A stretch of DNA of 35,230 nucleotides from a virus (taxonomy: Duplodnaviria > Caudoviricetes). The stretch covers positions 1 to 35,230 of IMG/VR virus record IMGVR_UViG_3300033076_000961; one strand, written 5' to 3'. Below are positions 17,305 through 24,619 of this stretch, piece by piece. The first letter of the stretch is position 1. Every line of letters starts with the position of its first letter. The notes under the pieces were generated by a model. The model made no database searches. It worked only from the letters and a program-made list of their open reading frames with translations, and was not told where the DNA came from. The translations under genes were made by a program, and so were the position numbers.

Positions 17305-18822
17305 TTAAATGGCGTCAAAGTCGCGCGCGGCGCGGGCGTTGCGCGGGTCCTTGTAGACAGGCGCTTCCATGTCCCCAGCGGCGTCTGCTGGTGAGAGCTG
17401 CGCTTGCGTCGCGTCCGGCAAGCCCGCAATGATCTGGGCGATGCGCGCGGCGTCTAAATCCGCAGCGGCGATAACGCCCAAAGCGGCGCGGTCTTCCTGA
17501 TGCGCCGCATTGAGAACGGCGGTCTTGAAGGCGCGGTCCACAGGGACGCCCGCCACAAGGCGGCGCGTAAACGCCGCCAGACGGCGGAAGCCCAGACCTT
17601 CCGTCAAATCGCCGGTCTCGCATTTTTGGCGCGTCTTGCCAGCAAACGCGACGACAAGGTCCGCCACGCCCTGCGGCGCGCCGGTCCTATCCGCCAGCGC
17701 TTTTGCTTCCAATTCCGGGGCGGGATGATCCACATTTAAGACGACGCTAAAGCGGTCTAAAAACGCGACATTCATTGCGCGGGTTCCTGCATAATGGCCG
17801 CTCTCATCGCCGCGTCCGGCTGTATTGTCCGCCGCCATAAAGACGACGTCCTGCGCGACGCTAACCTTTTCGCCGCTCTCCAGCAAAACGAAACCATGGT
17901 CCAAAATGGTTTGAAGCGCCGCCAGTGAACCCGGACGCGCGATTGACGGTTCGTCGAATAGGATGATTGCGCCGGGCGTCCGCAGGGCTTTGGTGAGGGG
18001 TCCATCTTTCCAGACCGTCGCGCCGTTCTCCAGACCGTCGCCGCCTAGCAGGTCGCGCGGTTCAGTAAATTCATTAAAGGCGATACGGAAGAAGGGACGC
18101 CCCAGCGCTGCGGCCAATTGCATGGCGGCGGACGTCTTGCCGGTCCCTTTCGGCCCAGCAAGCCACGGGTAGGACCGTTCAGCGACGCAAAGGGAAAGGT
18201 CTTCCAGCAAGACAGGATCGAATAGATAGAACGGGTCGCGGTCTGGGGCGTCCGGGCTATTCCAAACAGGAAGCGCCAGCGCCTCTAGGGTGGGCGTCTT
18301 TACGCCAAAGATTTTTGACGCCTTGTAGGACGTCAATGAAGGCGTCGCGTCTTCACCTTCTGCGGGGCGTGCGATGGCCGCAAGCGGCGGCGCGTCTTTC
18401 GCGTCCGCAAGGTCTTGCTGGCATTTATCTAGCTGGGCGAAGACGCCCGCCACGTTATCAATAAGGGCGTCCAAAGCGCTATCCGCAATGAAGCCCTTAA
18501 GACCATGCAAGGGCGCCAGCGCTTGCCAAGCCCTTTTGTCAGGGCTGGGCGTCGCGGCTGGGGCGTCTGGCGCTGCGGCTGGGGCGGCCGGGGCGTCGTC
18601 GTCTTCCGGTATGGTTTCGCCCGCCATTGCGGCCGCTTCGGCCGTGGCGATAAAATCGTCAATGTCGATCTGGAGAACCGCGCAAAGCTGGCGCAATTCC
18701 TGATTTGTAAGCGCCGAAACGACCGGCTTGCCCGTCAGGGCTTCGCAGGTCTTGCCCTGTGCTTTCAGGGCGAAAATTGCAGCGTTGCGGATCACCTGTC
18801 TTTTTTGGTTAGCGGTTAGCAT
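17305..18822 (-). CDS. CobS/CbbQ/MoxR-like AAA+ ATPase
   Basis: Walker A GPKGTGKT, Walker B ILFDE, NTAGRGD, FLDRF; start re-set to ATG 18822 (AAGGGA SD). Confidence 0.9.
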   Translation of the reverse strand: MLTANQKRQVIRNAAIFALKAQGKTCEALTGKPVVSALTNQELRQLCAVLQIDIDDFIATAEAAAMAGETIPEDDDAPAAPAAAPDAPAATPSPDKRAWQALAPLHGLKGFIADSALDALIDNVAGVFAQLDKCQQDLADAKDAPPLAAIARPAEGEDATPSLTSYKASKIFGVKTPTLEALALPVWNSPDAPDRDPFYLFDPVLLEDLSLCVAERSYPWLAGPKGTGKTSAAMQLAAALGRPFFRIAFNEFTEPRDLLGGDGLENGATVWKDGPLTKALRTPGAIILFDEPSIARPGSLAALQTILDHGFVLLESGEKVSVAQDVVFMAADNTAGRGDESGHYAGTRAMNVAFLDRFSVVLNVDHPAPELEAKALADRTGAPQGVADLVVAFAGKTRQKCETGDLTEGLGFRRLAAFTRRLVAGVPVDRAFKTAVLNAAHQEDRAALGVIAAADLDAARIAQIIAGLPDATQAQLSPADAAGDMEAPVYKDPRNARAARDFDAI

Positions 18823-18853
18823 GGTCTTTATCCCTTGTTTGGTTTGTTGTGTC

Positions 18854-18869
18854 TGTTTCACGTGAAACA
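18854..18869. promoter_or_regulatory. parS: Chromosome-type parS centromere site (ParB/Spo0J binding)
   Basis: Perfect 16 bp palindrome TGTTTCACGTGAAACA, identical to the widespread bacterial parS consensus; intergenic. Confidence 0.88.
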
Positions 18870-18879
18870 AGACAGACGA

Positions 18880-18978
18880 TCAAAAAGAAGAAGCGGCGAG
18901 GATGGCCGCGAGCGGCTGGGCAAGCACGGCGGCCGCTAACGCGGCCGCAAGCATTGCGAGAAGGTCCAGCGCGGTCAT
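18880..18978 (-). CDS. 32 aa hydrophobic peptide (MTALDLLAMLAAALAAAVLAQPLAAILAASSF)
   Basis: ATGA overlap with upstream stop, AAGGCGG SD; below the ORF-track cut-off. Confidence 0.45.
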   Translation of the reverse strand: MTALDLLAMLAAALAAAVLAQPLAAILAASSF

Positions 18979-19184
18979 TGCGAGACCGCCTTTGCGCTGC
19001 GGACGAAAGCAAGGGCGTGATGGACGCAATTATGGGCAAGGTCCGCGTCGCCGCGTTTCAATGCGCCCCGTGCGGTATTGAGAAAGGCGATTGCGAAGCG
19101 CAAAAAGCCCCGCGCCTCGCCGGACGCCTTGCGACAAGCGGAAAGGGCGCGGCCGATGATTTGGTTTAAGTGTTTGAGTTGCAT
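18975..19184 (-). CDS. Small basic hypothetical protein, first gene of the inverted island
   Basis: Start re-set to ATG 19184; leader CAAGGGAAGACAGACCATG resembles the AAA+ gene leader CAAGGGATAAAGACCATG. Confidence 0.6.
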   Translation of the reverse strand: MQLKHLNQIIGRALSACRKASGEARGFLRFAIAFLNTARGALKRGDADLAHNCVHHALAFVRSAKAVSQ

Positions 19185-19301
19185 GGTCTGTCTTCCCTTG
19201 TAGGTTATTAAGACAAACAAGCCATAACATAAAAAACAGCTATGTAAAATAGTTTTGTCTTGTCTGTCTTGCCCAGAGTTAAAAAATCCTGTAGACAGAA
19301 C

Positions 19302-19319
19302 GTAATGTTATAACATTTA
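19302..19319. promoter_or_regulatory. Palindromic operator, Zur-box-like
   Basis: Perfect 14 bp palindrome AATGTTATAACATT (19304-19317) in the divergent AT-rich gap just upstream of terS. Confidence 0.55.
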
Positions 19320-19329
19320 GGGCAGGGCC

Positions 19330-19671
19330 GTGGCCGCTTCCGCTAAACAGAAAATGCTTTCAAGACAGACACGTGCGCAACGGTCTAGCCCGACCAGTGA
19401 AATGCGCCTGAAATTCTGGGAAGGTCTGACTGTTAAAGCGGAAAGAAAACTAGAGCAGCTCATTGATAGTCCGAACGAGAACATTGCCTATAACGCGTCT
19501 GTCTATGTGATTAACCGGACGCAAGGGACGCCAAGACAACAAGCCGTCGTCGACGTGCGCGCGTCCGACCTTACTGCCCAGCATCTTGAAGCCCTGCGGC
19601 AATGGGCCAGGGATGAGATGCAGCAAGTCATTGATATTACACCACAAAAGGCGCTAGACAGTGGCGCGTAA
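19330..19671 (+). CDS. terS: Probable terminase small subunit
   Basis: Directly upstream of terL; helical core IAYNASVYVINRTQGTP, HLEALR and VIDITP tail; start uncertain. Confidence 0.65.
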   Translation: MAASAKQKMLSRQTRAQRSSPTSEMRLKFWEGLTVKAERKLEQLIDSPNENIAYNASVYVINRTQGTPRQQAVVDVRASDLTAQHLEALRQWARDEMQQVIDITPQKALDSGA

Positions 19672-19735
19672 ACGCCTGCTAGATGAGGGCGACATCCTGC
19701 GCGCCGTATCCCAAACAGGCGCTAAGTCATTGATC
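19624..19735. promoter_or_regulatory. Two IHF-consensus sites (19624-19636, 19723-19735)
   Basis: CAAGTCATTGATA matches YAANNNNTTGATW exactly; TAAGTCATTGATC has one mismatch; both share AAGTCATTGAT. Confidence 0.55.
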
Positions 19736-21535
19736 CATAGTCAGTTCTTACCTAATAACATATTAGGTAAGAGCGCTAGACAGGGCAAGACAAGCAAAAA
19801 CAGCAGCTTGCGGGCGTCCGAACCCCCCGCCCCCGGCCAAGGAACCGCAGGGGCGGCGGCGAACGCCAACACCCACGCGAAAGCCCCTAATCTCCTAGAC
19901 ACCGTCTTACCTAGCACCCCCCTACCACCCCCAGACAAGTTCACGTCTGTCTTTGATAAAATTTTTGATGAGGACACCCCATCAAATGTAGACACGGAGA
20001 TAGCATGTTCGACAGAGCCATCGACCGCGTCATCGCCGGAGCCTTCATCGCAACAGCCGTATCCGCTGCAACAATCGGTTTCGTCTGCTACGTCCTCGTC
20101 TGCGTCTTCGCCTGCACAGCCGACTTCTGCGACCACGCCGCCAAGCGTCTCTCAAGATAATCCGTTCACGGCTTTCGTCGGACGGTATCGCAAGGACCCG
20201 GTCGCTCTGGTCAAGACAGTCTTTCAGGCGCAGCCAGACGCGTGGCAGGAGGAATTTCTCAACCACATTAAGAACGGCGAGCGGAGAATTTCAGTTCGTG
20301 CAGGCCACGGAGTAGGGAAGTCAACGGCCTGTGCTTGGGCCGTCATTTGGCATCTTATTACAAGGTATCCGCAGAAGGTCGTCTGCACGGCCCCCACCGC
20401 GCCCCAGCTCTACGATGCTCTCTTTGCCGAGATAAAATTCTGGATCAACAAGCTGCCCAAGTTCATGCGGGAGCTGTTCGACATCACCAGTGACCGCATT
20501 GTTCTGCGATCCAGCCCCGAAGCCAGTTTTGTCTCGGCCCGCACGTCCTCAAAGGAAAAGCCGGAAGCGCTGGCCGGTGTCCACTCAGACAACGTCCTTC
20601 TCATAGTCGACGAGGCGTCCGCCGTCGAAGAAGCCGTCTTTGAAAGCGCGGCGGGTTCCATGTCGGGACACGCTGCGACAACGATCCTGATTGGAAACCC
20701 CACGCGCTCAAGCGGGCTTTTTTATAAGACCCATCACGAGCTGCGAACCGAGTGGAAGACGATGCACGTTTCTTGCGTCACGTCCCCCCGCGTCACGGAA
20801 GACTTCGTCAAGCAAATCCGAGACACCTATGGCGAACTCTCAAACGCCTTCCGGGTCCGCGTCCTTGGTGAATTTCCCCTTGCCGACGACGACACGCTTA
20901 TCCCGGCCGAATTGGTCGATGCCGCCGTCACAAGAGACATCGCAGAGGATGAGGGCGAGCCGACTATCTTCGGCGTTGGCCCTGCGCGCTTCGGCGATGA
21001 CGCCGCCGTCCTCTGCGTCAGACGAGGAAACGTCGTCCTCCAGTTCAAGCAATGGCGAGGACTGGATTTGATGTCGCTCTGTGGAGCTATCGTCAATGAA
21101 GCGTCTATTCATAAGCCTGTTGAAGTTAATGTGGATAGCATCGGTCTCGGTGCTGGTCTCGCTGATCGTCTACGCGAACTTGGTCAACCTGTCCGCGACG
21201 TCAATGTATCAGAGGTCGCTGCTCTCAACCCCAAGGCCAATCGGCTACGAGACGAACTCTGGGTATCGGTGCGAGATTTTCTCGCCCAGCGTGCTTGCAA
21301 AATCCCACCCGACGAGAATTTGCGGGCCGATCTAGTCACGCCGAAATACTCGTTCACGTCGAGCGGCAAACTACAAGTTGAAAGCAAGAGCGAGATGAAA
21401 AAACGCCTTCGGCGTTCGCCGGATTACGCCGATGCTTTAGCCCTGACCTTTGCAGGTCGAGGCGCAATGGTTGGGGGAAGAATGGCGTCGTGGGTTCCTG
21501 GCAAGCCCCTGCGGCGTCGCGTTTCTATTGTTTAA
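19661..21535 (+). CDS. terL: Terminase large subunit
   Basis: Walker A GHGVGKS, Walker B IVDEA, IGNP, SPDYADAL; terminase-like sequence begins near 20150 (NPF), true start uncertain. Confidence 0.93.
   Translation: MARKRLLDEGDILRAVSQTGAKSLIHSQFLPNNILGKSARQGKTSKNSSLRASEPPAPGQGTAGAAANANTHAKAPNLLDTVLPSTPLPPPDKFTSVFDKIFDEDTPSNVDTEIACSTEPSTASSPEPSSQQPYPLQQSVSSATSSSASSPAQPTSATTPPSVSQDNPFTAFVGRYRKDPVALVKTVFQAQPDAWQEEFLNHIKNGERRISVRAGHGVGKSTACAWAVIWHLITRYPQKVVCTAPTAPQLYDALFAEIKFWINKLPKFMRELFDITSDRIVLRSSPEASFVSARTSSKEKPEALAGVHSDNVLLIVDEASAVEEAVFESAAGSMSGHAATTILIGNPTRSSGLFYKTHHELRTEWKTMHVSCVTSPRVTEDFVKQIRDTYGELSNAFRVRVLGEFPLADDDTLIPAELVDAAVTRDIAEDEGEPTIFGVGPARFGDDAAVLCVRRGNVVLQFKQWRGLDLMSLCGAIVNEASIHKPVEVNVDSIGLGAGLADRLRELGQPVRDVNVSEVAALNPKANRLRDELWVSVRDFLAQRACKIPPDENLRADLVTPKYSFTSSGKLQVESKSEMKKRLRRSPDYADALALTFAGRGAMVGGRMASWVPGKPLRRRVSIV
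19746..19772. repeat. Perfect AT-rich inverted repeat, dif/att-core-like
   Basis: TCTTACCTAATA-ACA-TATTAGGTAAGA (12 bp arms). Confidence 0.7.
20005..20160 (+). CDS. Possible nested 51 aa membrane protein in another frame within the terL 5' extension
   Basis: GGAG SD then ATG; MFDRAIDRVIAGAFIATAVSAATIGFVCYVLVCVFACTADFCDHAAKRLSR. Confidence 0.4.
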   Translation: MFDRAIDRVIAGAFIATAVSAATIGFVCYVLVCVFACTADFCDHAAKRLSR

Positions 21536-21550
21536 CATGAGGACGTACAA

Positions 21551-21814
21551 ATGAGCGGACTTGTCGATAGATCAGCCAATCCCAACGGCAATAATCAGCC
21601 GACTTCTTCGAAGTCGAACCCGGAAGCGTCCTACCGTTCCGGCACGAAAAACCTTGCGGGCAAGAATGAAATGCTGACGCCGGATACGCGCTACAACGAT
21701 CATTTTGAGAACGAAGAACGCGGCAATGCTTCTCTTGCGAGTGAGCAGAAGAAGGTCGTGCAGCGCGAGAACGCCAAAGTCTCGAACTCTGCGTTTGGTC
21801 GTTACAAGTATTGA
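21551..21814 (+). CDS. Hypothetical protein between terL and portal
   Basis: 87 aa, GAGGA SD. Confidence 0.7.
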   Translation: MSGLVDRSANPNGNNQPTSSKSNPEASYRSGTKNLAGKNEMLTPDTRYNDHFENEERGNASLASEQKKVVQRENAKVSNSAFGRYKY

Positions 21815-21837
21815 TCTCTTTCTAGGAGCAGCCCCCA

Positions 21838-24279
21838 ATGCCCCGCCGTCGCAAATCCTCGCGTCCCCCGATTGATGGGATCGACAATACAAGCCGCTCT
21901 CCCAAAGCGGGTCCTCTCTTTGCGGCGGCGGGCGGTGCTGACGCCACCGGCACGCGTCTGCGTCCTAAATATGTGGACGGTATTCGCAACACGGGGCAGG
22001 GCGAGAATACGTCCTACACCCAGACGTCACCCGAACCGGAAATGAGCGATATATCGTCGCCAGCTCCGACGCGCACCGAGTTTATTCCTCTGGACGACGT
22101 GCAGTTTCAGTCGCGCGTCGCGCAGGCATACTCACAGGCCGAACTCTACGTAGACACGTATATCGCGCCTGCACGCGTTGCTGCGGCGGAATATTATCGC
22201 GGTGCGCCATTTGGCGACGAAGAAGACGGTCGTAGCCAGATTGTCCTGACGGAAGTTAAGGACACGGTGCAGTCGATCCTTCCGTCGCTCATGCGTATCT
22301 TCACAAGCGGCGACAAGATTGTCGAATATCTGCCCCGCCGCGCAGACGCCATTCCGAGCGCGGATCAAGCGTCAGACGTTATCAATTTCATCTTCCAAGA
22401 CATGAACCCCGGTTTCAATGTCTTGTATTCCGCCTTCAAAGACGCCCTTCTTAAAAAGCTGGGCATCGTGACTTGGTGGGCGGAGAGCGAAGACAGGGTC
22501 ATTGAAAAACAATTTTCGGGCCTGTCCGAAGAAGAAGTTTTGATGTTCCAGCAGAATAATCCGAACGCGGAATTTCTCTCTGTCGACGCGGAACCTGTTA
22601 TCCCCCCGTATCCCCAGACGTATAAAATACGCGTGAAGCTCGTCGATCAGCAGCGCAAATACCGCGTGCGTTCGCTTCCCCCGGAAGCGTTCATTGTTGA
22701 TCGCCGCGCGCGAGACACAGACAAGTTCTTCGACTTGGTTGGCTACCGCGACATGGTGACGGTGTCCGAGCTTGTGCAGATGGGCTTTGACGAAGACGAA
22801 ATCCGTCAGCATGGCGCGCCGGGGCAGGACGAGAATTGGTATTGGACGTTCGAAGAAGTCGAGCGCAATCCCGGTTTTGGCTTCCCGGCCTATCCGCCTG
22901 ACCCGTCAATGATGCGTGTGAAATACATGCAGCTCTACATGCGCATTGATAAGGACGGAGACGGCATCGCCGAACTGCGCCGCATCCATTGCATCGGCTC
23001 TGGTTGTTATGTGCTGCGTGACGAAGTCGTCGATCACGCGCCGTTTGCGCTTTTCTGCCCGAACCCCGAACCGCACACGATCTTCGGTCTGTCCGTTGCG
23101 GACGACACGATGGATTTGCAGCGGATCAAGTCGCACGTCATGCGCGCCATGATGGACAGCCTCGCGCAGACGGTGTTCCCACGCACCGCCGTCGTCGAAG
23201 GCCAAGTCAATATGGACGACGTTCTCAACAAAGAAGTCGGCGCAATCATTCGCATGAGGCAGATCGGTGCTGTCCAAGACCTATCCACCCCGTTCGTCGG
23301 GCAACAAGCTATGCCTGTCTTGGAGTATCTCGATGAGGTCAAAGCGCAAAGGACTGGCGTCACCCCGGCAAGTCAAGGTCTTGATGCTGATTTGCTCCAA
23401 AGCACAACGAAAGCTGCGGTCACGGCTCAAATTAGCGCAGCTCAGGAGCGAATTGAGATCATCGCACGTATATTTGCGGAGACCGGAATGAAGCAGCTCT
23501 TTACGGGTCTGCTTAAACTTGTCTGCCGTCACCAAGACCAGCCTCTCTTAGTAAAACTGCGTGGGTCTTGGGTTCCTGTCGATCCGACGACTTGGGACGC
23601 CGACATGGACTGCACGGTGTCTGTCGCGCTTGGTCGCGGCGACGACGCCCAGCAGATGAATTTCCTGTCTGCAATTGCCCAGAAGCAGGAAATGATCTTG
23701 CAGCAGTTGGGTCTGGACAATCCGCTCGTGAAGCTGGGCCAGTATCAGAACACGCTCGCCCAGCTCGTGCGTAAGGCAGGTTTCAAAAACCCGGACAGCT
23801 TTTTTACCCCCATCACCCCGGAAATGGAGCAGCAAATTGCGCAAGCCCAAGCCCAGCAAAAATCCCAGCAAGTCGACCCCAATGTCCTTCTCGCCAAAGT
23901 CGAACTCGCCAAAGCTCAAAGCGACACTTTCGCCAAGCTCCAAAGCCAAGCGATCCAGCGGGCCAAGTTGCAGCTAGACGAAGATTTGAACCGCGACAAA
24001 CTGGAAGCGGACATCATTCTTCGCTCTGCGGACCTGTCTGCAAAGTATGGCGCGCCGGTCGACGTCAATGCCATTTTGGCGATGACCAACCGGCCGCGTC
24101 CAGACATCACGGCGCTTACCGACGCGTTGATGGACCGGGAGAAGGCGACAAGCGCGCAGGTCCTCACCAACATCGGTATTCAGTCCAATCAACCGGGGCC
24201 GCAAGCTGCGCCTAGCGCCCCTTCGTCGCCGTCGCCCATCGCGCGGCAGTCGAACAATCCGTTGGCGCAAGCAAGTTGA
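21838..24279 (+). CDS. Portal protein (P22 gp1-like)
   Basis: YYRGAPFGDEEDGRSQ, LPSLMRIF, KDALLKKLG, DKDGDGIAELRR, Q-rich C-terminal helix; AGGAG SD; alternative start at 22042. Confidence 0.92.
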   Translation: MPRRRKSSRPPIDGIDNTSRSPKAGPLFAAAGGADATGTRLRPKYVDGIRNTGQGENTSYTQTSPEPEMSDISSPAPTRTEFIPLDDVQFQSRVAQAYSQAELYVDTYIAPARVAAAEYYRGAPFGDEEDGRSQIVLTEVKDTVQSILPSLMRIFTSGDKIVEYLPRRADAIPSADQASDVINFIFQDMNPGFNVLYSAFKDALLKKLGIVTWWAESEDRVIEKQFSGLSEEEVLMFQQNNPNAEFLSVDAEPVIPPYPQTYKIRVKLVDQQRKYRVRSLPPEAFIVDRRARDTDKFFDLVGYRDMVTVSELVQMGFDEDEIRQHGAPGQDENWYWTFEEVERNPGFGFPAYPPDPSMMRVKYMQLYMRIDKDGDGIAELRRIHCIGSGCYVLRDEVVDHAPFALFCPNPEPHTIFGLSVADDTMDLQRIKSHVMRAMMDSLAQTVFPRTAVVEGQVNMDDVLNKEVGAIIRMRQIGAVQDLSTPFVGQQAMPVLEYLDEVKAQRTGVTPASQGLDADLLQSTTKAAVTAQISAAQERIEIIARIFAETGMKQLFTGLLKLVCRHQDQPLLVKLRGSWVPVDPTTWDADMDCTVSVALGRGDDAQQMNFLSAIAQKQEMILQQLGLDNPLVKLGQYQNTLAQLVRKAGFKNPDSFFTPITPEMEQQIAQAQAQQKSQQVDPNVLLAKVELAKAQSDTFAKLQSQAIQRAKLQLDEDLNRDKLEADIILRSADLSAKYGAPVDVNAILAMTNRPRPDITALTDALMDREKATSAQVLTNIGIQSNQPGPQAAPSAPSSPSPIARQSNNPLAQAS

Positions 24280-24293
24280 ATAGGGGGTAACGC

Positions 24294-24590
24294 ATGAGTG
24301 AAGTCATCGAAGACGCGATCCGAATGGGGACCGAGGCCGAGTTCATCCTGTCCAGCGAAGCCTACGCAAAGGTGATGGCCGAGCTGGACAAGGGCTTGGT
24401 CGACCTCTGGTCTTCGGGGCAGTTCAAGACGCCGGAAGAACGCGAAGACGCGTTTAACCGCGTGCGCGGTGCGCGCATGTTCCGCGACCGCATGAACGCC
24501 CTCGTAGACAACATGAGAATGAACAAGGCCAAGGCCGAACGCGCCCGCAAAGCCGACAAGGCGAACGGGCAGGGCGAGCTTTCGATTTGA
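24294..24590 (+). CDS. Small head-module protein
   Basis: 98 aa helical protein with EEREDAF, between portal and scaffold. Confidence 0.75.
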   Translation: MSEVIEDAIRMGTEAEFILSSEAYAKVMAELDKGLVDLWSSGQFKTPEEREDAFNRVRGARMFRDRMNALVDNMRMNKAKAERARKADKANGQGELSI

Positions 24591-24619
24591 TCTTGTGTCT
24601 TGTATAAGGAACGACTAAC

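Noticed and set aside
15532-18822. Cobalamin biosynthesis auxiliary genes
   Set aside because: No cobN or other cob genes in the window; motifs support only a generic MoxR-type AAA+/VWA pair
18823-18870. ORF-track N-terminus MFHVKQ... for the AAA+ gene
   Set aside because: This is simply the parS palindrome translated; the SD-supported start is ATG 18822
19185-19329. CtrA boxes or a defined sigma70 promoter
   Set aside because: TTAA half-sites at 19208 and 19279 lack a partner at 7 bp spacing; -35/-10 candidates have poor spacing
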